From Hamiltosporidium tvaerminnensis FI-OER-3-3 (lineage: Eukaryota; Fungi; Microsporidia), in contig CM061247.1 of the NCBI GenBank assembly GCA_022605425.2, positions 930,001-994,000 of the forward strand: a DNA stretch of 64,000 nucleotides, written 5' to 3'. The notes under the pieces were generated by a model. That model saw only the letters and a program-made list of their open reading frames with translations. It had not been told where the DNA came from and ran no database searches. Made by a program: the position numbers and the translations under genes. The stretch's first letter is position 1, and every line of letters starts with the position of its first letter. Of the stretch, positions 37,785 to 50,186 are shown one piece after another.

Positions 37785-39065
37785 TTATTCATCATAAAAT
37801 CTACTCAACGCACCTTTCTTTTTCTTATATTTTTTTTCTTTCAAACCTTCATTTTCTTTTTCTATATCTGTCTTTAAATTACCAATCAAAGATTCCATAC
37901 TGATTAATTCATACGGTATTTTTTCTAAAAGTCTTTTTACTTCATTTTCTTGCCTCATTTTTTTCGTAGAAAATGGCATGTCTTCATATGAATCAAAAAC
38001 TGGATCGCCACTTCCGGGTACAACAAGATTAGTCATTCCATTTGTATGTCCTACCGTAAGTATATCTTCATAAGGACAAAATTTTAAACTGGTTACACTA
38101 CTTTTACTCAAAGAATGTTCTAAATATAAAATATCTTCTAAATTTTTTGTAAATATATTGTTCAGAATTTTAATTTTGTTTTTGTATCCAAATGCTAGCA
38201 TATTCATTTGACTTAAACAAGATTCTACAACATTAAATTTGCTACATATTTCATTTACAGGATTAAACATGTTTCTATTGTCCCATATTTTTATCTTGCC
38301 ATCACATCCAGATGTAATCAAATAATTACCACCTCGATCTACACAAATAGAATTTATTCTATTTTTATGACACAATACCTTAGACACATATTCTTTACAA
38401 TTAGGTGACCATAAACTCACAACTCCTTTTCTATTTCCAACATACATGATCGCATTTGTTGGATTTTGTACCAAAATATTTTCATCGAATTCTTTTGTAA
38501 TAATTTCACTTACAATCTTACCAATACTCGTATCTTGATATCTTAGAACTCCTTCTTTCGATAAAGAAACCAAGAGAAAGTGATAAGGCAAAAAATCCAT
38601 TTTATTTACATTTCTATTTTTTCTATCACAATGTACTTCACGGCCTTGCTTATCATAAATAAAAAGGCTGCTGGTTTGTGCAACCGCTATAAAAAGTTCA
38701 TTATGAAGAAATAAAGCATCATTAATTTTATCAGAAATATTTATTTCAAAATGTAAATCAAGTGTCTTCGCATCAAAAGACGAAAGAAATCCACAATTAT
38801 TTCTCAACAAAATATGCCTCCCATCTTTCGTATAATTACAGAAAAATGGACCATCTTCAAGCGATAAATTATATGCCTTTTCTGCTGTCAAAATATTTAC
38901 ATTTTCTTTTATCATCAGCTGTGAAATTTGATGTGTTGGTTTTTCTGATTCAATGTAACCAGGAGTTTCTGTTTTAAGAATTTCTGTTAGTTTCAATTCT
39001 TTTTTAGCTTCTTCTGCAATAAAATTTCTTTCTTTTATTTTTTGTTTTATAACACTTTTTGCCAT
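37785..39065 (-). CDS. UTP7: U3 snoRNP/SSU processome WD40 protein Utp7 (WDR46/BING4)
   Basis: FLHNELFIAVAQ, FLPYHFLL, LRYQDTSIG, GVVSLWSP and the BING4CT motif FCPYEDILTVGH...VPGSGDPVFDSYE...RQENEVKRLLEKIP. Start moved to ATG 39065 (CCCCAA-ATG). Confidence 0.95.
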   Translation of the reverse strand: MAKSVIKQKIKERNFIAEEAKKELKLTEILKTETPGYIESEKPTHQISQLMIKENVNILTAEKAYNLSLEDGPFFCNYTKDGRHILLRNNCGFLSSFDAKTLDLHFEINISDKINDALFLHNELFIAVAQTSSLFIYDKQGREVHCDRKNRNVNKMDFLPYHFLLVSLSKEGVLRYQDTSIGKIVSEIITKEFDENILVQNPTNAIMYVGNRKGVVSLWSPNCKEYVSKVLCHKNRINSICVDRGGNYLITSGCDGKIKIWDNRNMFNPVNEICSKFNVVESCLSQMNMLAFGYKNKIKILNNIFTKNLEDILYLEHSLSKSSVTSLKFCPYEDILTVGHTNGMTNLVVPGSGDPVFDSYEDMPFSTKKMRQENEVKRLLEKIPYELISMESLIGNLKTDIEKENEGLKEKKYKKKKGALSRFYDE

Positions 39066-39284
39066 TTGGGGTAACAATTTTCCGTTATAAATTATAATAT
39101 TTATAGATTGTTTTATGAATTAGAAGCTCGGATAAAGTGTTTAAGAATTAATATAAACTAAAATAAAAAATATTGTTTTCTAAAAATTACAAATTAATAT
39201 ATTTGTAGAACGTTTGGTGCATTAGCAGCCTAAATACAATGTTTTAAGCCTTGATATAAACTAAATATAGATTATAATAAAATT

Positions 39285-39348
39285 CTGGTTAAAATGGTGA
39301 AAAAATTTATTTAAAAGAGAGAAAATTTATAAACCCAGAATTTTTATT
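39285..39348 (+). mobile_element. Tiny 3'-terminal fragment J of the RLE retrotransposon (A-like)
   Basis: tggttaaaatggtgaaaaaatttatttaaaagagagaaaatttataaacccagaattttta matches the copy A end tggttgaaatggtggaaagaattatttagaaaagagaaaaatttgttaacctgaatttta. Confidence 0.6.
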
Positions 39349-39419
39349 GCCCCATAATTTCATAATAAATTATAGTAAAATTCTATGTAGAAAGTATAAA
39401 ATATAATACAAATGTTAAT

Positions 39420-41010
39420 TTTGGTAATAAATTGTTTTAGACTTTCAAATAATATGAAAAAAAAATGAAATCTAAATTTTTTAAACAACAAAATACTTCT
39501 ACTCTTCTAGAATGTGTTAGTGCTTATAAATATCTCATGATATTGTAATTTATAGAATCAACCCATTGGATATTTAGTTAGTTTGAAAGAGTAAAAACCC
39601 ATGTATCAAGGGTTAAATGACTTCGCCATGCTAAAAAATAAGCAAATTATTTCATAGAATATATCAGCATTCGATTTTCTTTGTAGATATTATATAGAAG
39701 TATTTCTACTTGAAGCGGTAGGCTAATCTTGCTATATGATGTGGTCTGTGTACTTTTAGGGACAAATAATATATATACGACACAGATGTAAGGATAGTTT
39801 GTATAATCTTAGATACGAAACTGAAAAATATTCAAAATGTATTGAGTTGTTTACCGAACATATTATTTTGTACATATGGATGTTCTAGATTTAAAAAAAA
39901 TCAATGGAAGAGAAACAATGTTAACGATAAAGAATAATATTCTTACTGATTTTGCACTCATTAAAAGCTATATAAGAATAAAATCTGGAATAAAACGTAA
40001 TATCACAAAGAAAAATTAGAGGCGATTCGAAACAAATTTATGTGCCAAAAAAAGAAAATTACAATTAAGAATTGTACATTTATAAATAATGAGTCACTGG
40101 TATTAAAACGTTTTAAAATGTATTGGGAAAAAGAATATAAGAGAATACAGTGAAGCTTATTTTTGATATATCCAGGATAGAAATGTATTTTGAGAAGCAA
40201 AAAAATGTGTAAGCTCTTTATTTAATATTTGGGACACGGTGGTCCATTTAGCAACAAGATGTAAGAAAATGCTTGGTCATGACTATACTAGAAGAAACAA
40301 TGTATGCTAATATGTATTCATCTAGCTCTTCCAATAAATATAAAGTTAAGTTTGCAAAACAAATTTAGGGGTTACTTTGTGGAAAAAATATTTTCCACAA
40401 AGTGTAGAGAAATATGAATGGCTGAATAAAAAGTGATTTCAAAATCTGATTTAATAAGATATTTAATTTGAGATAATTAAATATAATATCGCATAGTAGG
40501 TCGAGATTACTGAATAAAATTCGTTTCGAATTGTATGAACAGAAGAGGTAAGAAATTAAATCTTATTGTCTAAGTTTTTAAATGTTATTTGTTCTGTAGG
40601 CTATATTTAATTTGCTTTCTGATAATATAAGATAGAATTTAAAGCAAATACCTATGAAATAGTTTAAGAAGCTGGATAGTTGAGATAATAATGATATTAC
40701 ATATTCGATAATACGCTTAAAAACAGTCTAAACAATATCATTGATTTATAAAGTGAACTCTAGTAAAGAATGAATGGTATTCGTGACTAGAGGAGGCAAT
40801 TCACATTGAATAGAAGAATTTTAGAGACACATCCATATTATACACACTTCTAAAATATATACCAAGGATAAATAAAGTGATATGTCAAAAGAATTCAAAA
40901 AATCGATTCGCTAATTTTAATTGATAAAACAACCAAAAATATATGGGGGAAAATAAAAATTAGAAACTATATTCGAAGAATTATAATAAAGCTTTAAAAT
41001 TTTTGAATAA
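39420..41010 (+). mobile_element. RLE non-LTR retrotransposon, old 5'-truncated copy G
   Basis: atacttctactcttctagaa (cf. TATLLE) and catttagcaacaagatgtaagaaaatgcttggtcatgactatactaga (HLATRCKKMLGHDYTR, ~40245-40292), collinear with copy A. Confidence 0.8.
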
Positions 41011-41200
41011 TACGTTTAAAAATTTGTCAAAAAGACAATAAGACTTAATTTAGTTTTAAAATGAATTTTATGTTGAATAAAAAATGGTTTTAAAACAACT
41101 CAATTTTTTTAATTCGAATAAAGAATTTCATAATATTTTTGAATGTAGTTTATTGATAGTTTATAAAAATTAAGAATTTTTTTATTTTATTCTACAAATT

Positions 41201-44200
41201 TTATTTAATAAAATTCTGGGTTAAAATATTTTTAACATTTTTATATGTTTTCTTCTACCTCTTTAACCACTATTGTCTCTTCTTCCAAATCCGACTCTTC
41301 ATTTATGTTATTGGTCGGTTCCTCTAAAGTGGTTCCTCCTTGTAAAATAAGGGGGCTTTATATTTTGGTTTAAAATTTTTGGCACCATCTTCCTCTGTTT
41401 TCGCTTCTTTTAAAGGGGGTATTGGTTCCTCATGATCTCTGATCTCTAATAACACCCATTGCGCTCTCCCCGTCTCTTCGGCTTTAGTCTGACTCAGTCC
41501 TCTTCGTCGATCAAGGAAATAGTTTCGACTGTTTTTTAGTACTATAGACTGAATGTATGTTCACATTCTGGGTATTTTGTCTTTTAGATGGATTTATGGT
41601 ATTTTGTCATACCGTCCCGGTCATCACATGGGATTATTCAACACTACACTTATAAATAAGGCCCACTCATTGGTGGGTCTACCTAGTTTTGTTTACTATT
41701 TGAAGTGAATCTTAGTGATTCCTACTTCATGAGTGTTATCTTATTTTCTTCTTATCTAAAATAAATATGTCCGGTCTGTTATTCAATTTTAACATCGTTT
41801 TATTTGGTGTCCACTCTTTTCTGCATACTCATTATAGAATTTCTTGAACTGAGTGGCTCCTTATTCGTTTTGAAGACTTAAACTTATATCTATTTAGAAG
41901 GGAAGGTGTAGGCATCTAACCACTCATTATGCCGTCTAGTGTAATCTGGCCTAGATTTTTTCACATCTAGTTGCTAGATGATCCCGTCTTACGACTTCCC
42001 GCATGTTGACACACCATTGCTCCCGAATAATTTTATCCTGGTATAGCGACACGCTTCATTTCGTGGCCTATATTTCCTCTCTTAGCCATCTTGAAGAATC
42101 ACTAACACTCACAGTCATTTTTCCTTGCATTATATAACTTTGAATGGAGTTTTCGTTTTTTTTTCGTTATATAGTTTTGAGTTGGCTTTTCTAACTTTCG
42201 TGTGACTTCTTCTACCAACCTGTACTTTATTTTAGAGCCTTTTTTGTGCAGATGGGTTTTATTATTATTCTCCACCTTGAGGATTGCTGCTCGTCTGTTG
42301 ATATTTTTTACTTTTTCCGACATCCAGAGTTGGAAGATATGTTCGCTTCGCAACTACATATGTAGGCCTCTTCAGTTCTGTTCTAGGAGATACAACCGCT
42401 CTTTACATCCTGGGCGGATGTATCTTTTTTAACCACACCGCACGCACTGCATCATCTAACTTGAGAAGTCGCCGGTTCAGTCGAAGTACTCCTTGTGGTG
42501 TTGATTAACGATATCGCATGTTGATTGATTGCAGAAATAAATTTTTGCATTTAATCTAGTGTGAAAGTCTTTCACTCTTGATATAAGTTTGCTCTGTATT
42601 CTTCAATGAGCTACGTGTTGGGATTCCTCTGTATCTTCTATTATTCCTAAATATTTGTAAACACTAACACCTTCTGAAGAGTAGCAGTATCTTCCAACAC
42701 GTATCATTTGTGGCTGACTTCTTGTTAATCTCTAGCCAATCACCTCTAAAATTCCTTTGTGCCTGTCTAGACTCATGTGGAGCTGTCTTTGAGGGCTTAG
42801 ATCATCAATAAACAGAGATGATTGTAGAATGGGATTCTGCATGTTTTGTACTGTCCTTTTGTGTATTTTTCATTGCTTTCGGCTAATGGATCCATACACA
42901 ACACGAATAACAATGGTGACAACTACTCCTTGTGAATCCCTCTATCTCTGCTCATGATTTTTAGGCTACTGTTATCATTTTCCATTTTGTATAATTACCT
43001 TAATAAATTTCGGATCCGTCGGTATTGGTTTTATGCATTGGTTAATAAGCATGATCTATTGAATATAGTTTTTTAAATCATCCATGTTGCCTTAGATTAT
43101 TTCCATACTCTTTATTTACGGAATATTGTGAGCCTGCTCTTCGCTCCCTGCACCTCTTACCGCCCCTAGTTGGTTCTCTGGCAACCCTCGCCGTTCCTTG
43201 TTGAACGACTTTCGTTAACCTTTGTCGTTAACTTATGAGGTTGGACATACAAGTGATTGGCCTGTAGTCGAGCCTTTCGTGGAATTCCTTTCGGTATAAT
43301 ACGTGCCCGGTAACCATCGCTTGGGTGTTCCTTCTAACATATAACTTTCACATATCATAAGATATTTGTGAAGAGTTGTAGTTTCTTAATGAAAAATTGT
43401 AAATACCATCATTCCAGCAGCTTTCCAATTAGGGGCCAATTATGTATTCAATTCATAGTGAAGGAAACGTGGTCGGATGATTATCTGATACAAATGGAAT
43501 CAATAATCATCGACGTGACTGTGTCATCTTTGTTCCACATTGTAGACCAAAACTCACATTTCATCACGGCTAACCAATGCTCGGATTCCACACGCTCGGA
43601 TAACCCACGATAAAATCGACCTCGGAGCTCAACATACGATCCTTTCTGAATTGCTTACTTTCTGCATCGTATTTTTTTCGTAAACATTCAAGACTCTTTT
43701 TTAACTAAAGCCTCGAAAGATCGTTACGCTGCTCAGTTTAAATTAAACTCTCGCTGATTTTTTAGGCTCTTCGTTTCCAGTAGTTTTCCTGCTTACGAGC
43801 TTTTCGGAGATCTTTGGAAGTACTAACTTGAAATTTTACTTTCTTGTTTTCTTCCAGCGGATCTAGGCTTTCTTTACGTGTTGCCTCGTCATAGCATACC
43901 TGCGCAGCTTGCATGATATACGCGGCTTCCGTATTGACTCGGTACATGGCTCCTGCTTTCACCGACTACTCGATTTATGAGATCCGAACTTTACTATCAC
44001 ATTCATTTGGATGTTTTCTGTTCGGACCACCACTTTTCATTTCGTTCTCGATTTCTTTGATTTTACTCAGAATTTATCTCTCGGTTTATGTACTCCGTGG
44101 TGTCGGTCAGGTGCATGTATGCGAGAAGTGGCGATTCTACGTCGCTTCCATTCTCTTCTGTTTTAATCCTTTCCCATTCACTTGTGCCAATTTTTTAACA

Positions 44201-44667
44201 CTTCGAGTTTCGTGCAGCCGAATTTCTCATTATAGTACCTGTGAAGCTCTGTCCGCCATTTCTTGGCATTCTTTCAACCTTGTCTGTACTGCAAAAACAT
44301 CGAGGCCATTCCTTCGGGTCGGCTGTTACGGAATCGAATATCGTCCGCAATGCCATTAGCCTGTTACCTTCCGGAATAGCTGAGTACGGGGTTGTCATGT
44401 GTACGATGGCTCGCACGCGACTTCAACCGAGAGGGAACTGGTGATTAGGCGAAGGTGGTGTGCACTATTTTGCATTTTACTGCATGTTTGGCTTGGTGGT
44501 GGAGGTGTTATTGTTGTGTAGGAGGAGGAAGGTAGGGGAATCGCCGGTGGGTGTAGCTTACATTTTTGTATCTCACTATCACTCTTTTTCACCTCATCAG
44601 CGTCGTTTGCAGCCTTTATTTTGGTATTATTCGATATTTCGCTGCTAACATTTTTCTTTCTACCCAT
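41201..44667 (-). mobile_element. R4/Dong-like RLE non-LTR retrotransposon, full-length copy B with 16-bp TSD
   Basis: Starts MGRKKNV at 44667. Collinear with copy A throughout (IPEGNRLM, QAAQVCYDE, NRPDIF at ~41765-41782). Ends CCCAGAATTTTATTAAATAA. Exact direct repeat ttttattctacaaatt at 41185-41200 and 44673-44688. Many 1-bp deletions. Confidence 0.93.
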
Positions 44668-44860
44668 TTTTTTTTTATTCTACAAATTACATTAATTTTT
44701 TTAAAAATAAAAGTTTTTCTGTAATATATTCTGTTTTTTTTAATGATTTGTTTTCTAACAGTTTTTTTTTTCTATTTTTAATATATTTCATCTAAATGAA
44801 ATTGAATTTTAGATATTTCGATATTTTTTTATTTATTTTTTTGTTCCAATAAACCCATAA

Positions 44861-46123
44861 ATGTATCGAAATAATAGATTAATATCAACCGAAGAATCTT
44901 TTAGATTAATTTCTTTTTACTATCAAAATAAATTGAACGCAGGAAATATAGAAGATAACGATCTAATAAAGAAAGACATTCATTTTTTATACGTGGATAT
45001 TATGAGAAAATCGGGTGAAAAAGATAAAGCAATAAAATTTCTTTCACAAATGAATTACTCATATGATGTACATGAACTTCCTAATGCAATAGAACTGATA
45101 AATACTTATATTTATTTTAAAGATTATGAAGGTGCTCTTGACAAATTTGAGACTTTTAGAGCTAAACATCGATATTTAGATAAACTAAAAATATTTTTAT
45201 TTACTCATATAAATATTTGTAATGGTAAGATTGTTCCTAATGATGATACGTACAACAAGATTGTGGATATGTCGATTGAGTGTTTGAAAGAGGAATTTGA
45301 TTTTTTACTTTTTGAATTTTTATATAATTTTGTAACAAGTTTTTGGGTTCCAATAGTTTCAACGCCTTTGATTCTTCAAAATGAAAGTCAAGAATCCGGT
45401 CAAAATGATAATGTACAGTCGGAATTTGTAGAATTTAAAAAAATTGATACAGAAGAAAATTCATGTAATGTCTCGATAGAATCCAAATATTCTCAAGTAA
45501 AATCTGAACAGATGAAAGATTTTTGTACTGAAAATGATTTCAAAACAGATATTGCAAATGAATCGACGGAAATTTACAAAAATAAAAAATCTAAAAAATC
45601 TTCGAAACAGAAACGCAAAAAAGTAAAAATTTTTGCAAAAAATCCCGCAATCAGTGATGATCCCAACCAATTTTTTTGGAAATTTATTGAAAAACTATCT
45701 TTTATGACAAATCCTTTATATTTTGAAAAACTAAAAATCGAGGAAGTCAAATATTTAGCCACAGTACTAAATAGTGAAATTCTTCATCACAGATATATTT
45801 TATTAAAAGGATTTAAATCAGAAAAAGAATTATTTTCGTATTTTAAGAATAAACCGTCTCATTACATTTTTAGAAATGCGGTATATTTTTTAGAAAGATT
45901 TCATTATCCCAAATTATTTTTTCTAACCAAAAAAGCAGGACTTCTCACCGAAGAAATGGTTCTTATTAAAAATGCTTATAAAGTCAGACACAAACGTATT
46001 AGAGACCTTGGATTAGCAGAAACTAGAAAAATTCTTAGAAGAAAAAAATGTTATATCAAATACACAGGCCAAAATAAAAATAAAAAAGCTAAAAAAGGAC
46101 GATTGTCTAATAAAATTAAATAG
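44861..46123 (+). CDS. Hypothetical protein (helical/TPR-like N-terminus, charged linker, basic C-terminus)
   Basis: 420-aa ORF. CCCATAA-ATG context. AATAAA 3' of the stop. NLS-like KKSKKSSKQKRKK. Confidence 0.85.
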   Translation: MYRNNRLISTEESFRLISFYYQNKLNAGNIEDNDLIKKDIHFLYVDIMRKSGEKDKAIKFLSQMNYSYDVHELPNAIELINTYIYFKDYEGALDKFETFRAKHRYLDKLKIFLFTHINICNGKIVPNDDTYNKIVDMSIECLKEEFDFLLFEFLYNFVTSFWVPIVSTPLILQNESQESGQNDNVQSEFVEFKKIDTEENSCNVSIESKYSQVKSEQMKDFCTENDFKTDIANESTEIYKNKKSKKSSKQKRKKVKIFAKNPAISDDPNQFFWKFIEKLSFMTNPLYFEKLKIEEVKYLATVLNSEILHHRYILLKGFKSEKELFSYFKNKPSHYIFRNAVYFLERFHYPKLFFLTKKAGLLTEEMVLIKNAYKVRHKRIRDLGLAETRKILRRKKCYIKYTGQNKNKKAKKGRLSNKIK

Positions 46124-48718
46124 ATAATATGAACTATCATAATAAATAAAATAGTATATTCGTTTAATTTCTTCTAGTTATGAGTTTATTTTGGATTCAT
46201 TTAATCTGAAGCCTCATCGAATATATTTTTCTAATTTAGAATCAATTTAAAAAAACTAAATGAGAACAAAATTCACGTGAGGCATTTTAAAACTTGAAAA
46301 AATTTTAATAGAAAATAAAAAGAATATTTAAAGATTAAATCGTATAAAATTTGTAATTAATATCTCGCGAATGTCAATGAAGAAAACATATATAATTGAA
46401 TTCAATATTAAATTTAATATTTAGCACCGAAAGGTACAAAAATATCGGAATAAGTATGATATTATGTTACCAAATTAAAACTATTCAGATATAAATTTTT
46501 TTAATATTCTTTACTTGGCTAAATTAATTTTACTAAGAAAAATATTCTTTAAAATATAATTACTTATTTCAATTCTCTTGTACCTTTCAGTGTTGAGATT
46601 CTTTAAAATTATAAAACATAATTATTTCTCTTAAATAAATAAGAAATAAGACCTAATAAAGTAAGAATAATAGGAAACAAAATCCATTTTTTTCAATTTA
46701 ATTTCCTTCAATTATTTCAAAAAAAATAAAAAGTTTCTAAAATTTTTCTTTATATATAACTCTAGATATTTTTATAATTTTTTTTTCAATCAAAGAACTT
46801 TTATAATTATTTTTTTCTTCTTTTGTTTTAAATTTGTCTTTTTATATAGCAAAAATATAATTTATAGACTTCTAATTTACTTAAAAAGGAATTTCAGTTA
46901 TATTATATTAAAAATTGAAATTAAAAATATTTTATAATATAATATTACTAGAAATATATTATAAACTTGTATAAAAACAGGATTGAATCTATATTTTGTA
47001 ATAAATAAATATAAATATTAAGATTTGGAATTTAAAGGGAAATATATTGAGATTAAGCTATGCCTTTAGCCTTTAAATTGTAATATCAAAGCTAGTGGCT
47101 TATATATTTTGGTAAGTATAAATAATAATAAATATAAATGAAAATATTTTATGAGGCATATAATTCTTAAAAATTAAGAAGAAAGTTCATCAAATTTAAA
47201 TATGAAAAATAAAAATCTGTTTATAATTAATTTTGGTTTTCAAATATGTAACAAAAATAAATTTATTTTTCTTTACTTTAATTTAAATTTGATGAAAAAT
47301 TATATTTGAGTAAATTTTTTACTTAAAACTAAAAGGATTATCTGTTTATTTTTTTTAATAAATGAATGTCTTTTTTTAAGAGAATTACACATAATGGCGC
47401 TGTAAAGGTTAAAACAATGGCAATGAAATTTAATATTTTTCGAAGATATAAAGAACAAACCTATTTATAAAATATCTTGTAATATTATAATAACTTATAT
47501 TTTTAATATGATTGAATGTTAGTTTTAGCTTTGAAGATTTAAAGAAAAACCTAAATTTTAAATTAAAAACGAAAGAAAAGTTTTATTTAGTATCTTTATG
47601 TTCAGAATAACTGTACAAAAAAAAATAATTTTTTTTATTAAAAAAAGAATTAGATCGTTCAAAATCCAATTCAATAAATCTAATTTAATAAAACTTGTTA
47701 TGATGGTATATTGTAATAAAGAGAAACATATAGATAAAATAATTACACTACTGTAATAATTTGAGTTATTAAAATATTTTTTGGTCCGAAAGTTATTGTG
47801 ATTACTAATAATAGAAATATTGGTTTATTTACATATAATCAAATACTTAATTACATATTGTTCTCAAGCGAAGCAAAGGATTGAAATGTGTTATTAAATT
47901 AGAAAACAGAACCTTCTTCTAGATAAAGTCACGAAAAAAATTAAGATTTTATTTTAATATCCAAAGATATGTGATTATTTGGAATGAAAGCTTTTTAAAA
48001 ATAAATTACTAAATTTTATCAGATTTAGAAAAATTTAATTAAGGTTTTATATATACAAAAGCTAACTAAATAAATAGGAAAATGTTTACAACGAGTATAT
48101 TTCAATCGATATTTAAGCGAATCTGGAAAAATAACTATAAATTTCCTTATAATGATGGACAAGAATGTATAAAAGGATATAAATGATAAACTATTTCTTT
48201 TTGAGGAAGCAAAAAATCTTATTGAAATTTTTATTCGAAATTAATGATGTATACTTTTTGTTTAGCCATTGAAATATATTCAAACTGTAAGATAATTTTA
48301 ATATTAGGAAGACATAATCATATTGATTTAATTAAAAAAATTATCTGCAACGGTAACATAAAACCATGGTGGTAATTATAAATAGAAATAGAAAAGTATA
48401 GAAAAATATTTAGACTTATCATAACTCCTAAAATATAATATGTGAACCAAATTTAAAGTAAAATAAATAATTAATTATATTTTAATTCGATTCAAATTGA
48501 AAAAAGTTGTACTTTATCTTAATTACTTAAAAATACAATTATAGTTTCTGGGAATTAATTTTGGAGTAATTATAGTAGCCTTTTCATGGTTTTATCTTAA
48601 ACTTTATTATCTTTGGCTTTAGAGTGTCAAATGCCTATAATTTGATTTATTTAGAGATCCGAGGTCTTTTTTAAAAATACTATGGAGAAAATATGTAAAA
48701 ATAGAAAATTTTTAATTT

Positions 48719-48930
48719 TTATTTTATAAATTTCTTGAGTAAAACTATATTACAACTATAATGCATTTTCTTTAGCTCTTTAAACACCATATTTTCTTCT
48801 TCTAAACCCGAGTCTTCAACTATGTATATTATCGGCTCATCTAGTGTGGTTCCTCCATCTGAAATAATAAGTGTCTATTTTTATTTTAAAATATTTAGCA
48901 CAGACTCCTTCGTTAATAGCTATGTTTTTT
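48719..48930 (-). mobile_element. 3'-terminal fragment H of the RLE retrotransposon
   Basis: tcttcttctaaacccgagtcttc...tcggctcatctagtgtggttcctcc matches copy B 41278-41339 (tcttcttccaaatccgactcttc...tcggttcctctaaagtggttcctcc). Confidence 0.7.
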
Positions 48931-49189
48931 CATTGCAGATGATTTTTAAGGAATGAAATCTGACGTTTTTTATAATAACATAAATCTAAATTTACATATT
49001 ATTGTGCGTTTTTTTCAGCGTAAACGGTTTGATGAATTCATTTAAAAACAGCCAATTTACCGAATAACATGGAGTAGATGTAGGGTTTCCATAGTGGTTT
49101 TTGTTTTTAACCTTTTCTCTAATTTTAAATAACTTTTTTACTCTATTTTTAGTTATAAATATCAAATCTTAAAAAAAAGCTACTCGTTT

Positions 49190-49835
49190 CATATTTCTTT
49201 CATATAATATACGCAGTTTTGAGTTTAAAATAGATAATTGCACTATGGAGTAAGTACATCGAAATTTTTTTATTATAGATACAGTTTAAAGCTTTTCGTT
49301 AAAAAATATGTATAGTTCTTAAATGGGCAGGAAACCTGTTCTGTTTTCGTTAATATCACTTATCTGAAGTGCAGTTGCAAGGTAAAACTCTTTTGCTTTC
49401 CCCTTATACGTGCAACCTTGAGAGTTACTCTAATCTTGGCAAACTGAATTAACTGTTAGCTAAAATGTATCTCTAAGACCTACAAGAGATCTACATATAA
49501 TCTCCAATTTATAGCAACAAGCATAATATTTTAGTTGGCTATCATGGATTTTGAAGGGGTTTGTATTTGCATCTCCTGGGTGCAAGTCTTACAATTAGAA
49601 TGTTCAATACCAAGGTTAAAGCTTTTAGACGTCAATTACCTACAACTTCAGCTTAGTCAACAATCTAGTTACATCAATCAAAAACCTTTTTTTACAGAAA
49701 TATCACAATTTTCTAGACCTTCTCTCCTTTATATAAATTCACATGAAACCAGACGACATAATTTGGGTATCTTTGCAGCAAGATCCAAACAATAATAACA
49801 AACCACCTTTATAGAATCATTACCATGCAGATAGT
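49190..49835 (-). repeat. Non-coding ~0.7-kb dispersed repeat, copy R6
   Basis: gcagttttgagtttaa, cgttaatatc, caattacctacaacttcagc, atctagttacat, aattttctagac and cattaccatgcagat are collinear with R8 and with the reverse complement of R3. Confidence 0.75.
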
Positions 49836-50186
49836 TTAAAATATGACGTACATCACACGTAGGATCTTGAAAATAAAATATATTAGTTAAATTGTATATT
49901 AACTGTAAAAATATACTCCATTAACTTGCAAGAAAATAATTTTCGTTTCTGCTTTTATTTTTATGAATAAAAGATAGTTTGGTTGAAATTTCAATTATCT
50001 ATAAAAATTTAACAACAAAAGATATTTTTATATCTCGAATTTTTTATATTACTAAAAATGCTAGTTTTAGATAATTATTTATTACAAACAAGGTAAATTG
50101 ATATTTTTTTCGGTCTATATATAATATTAAGTTTTTCCTTTTTCGGAAACAAATTTATAACTCATAACTATAAATGTTTCTCTTAT

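Noticed and set aside
44585-44600. CTGATGAGGTGAAA (minus strand) near the 5' end of copy B as a minimal hammerhead
   Set aside because: No stem II or III, absent from copy A, and explained by the codons for ADEVK.
43913-44648. + strand ORFs 43913-44359, 44241-44444 and 44460-44648 (likewise 26008-26358 and 26594-26902 on -)
   Set aside because: Antisense shadows of retrotransposon ORFs.
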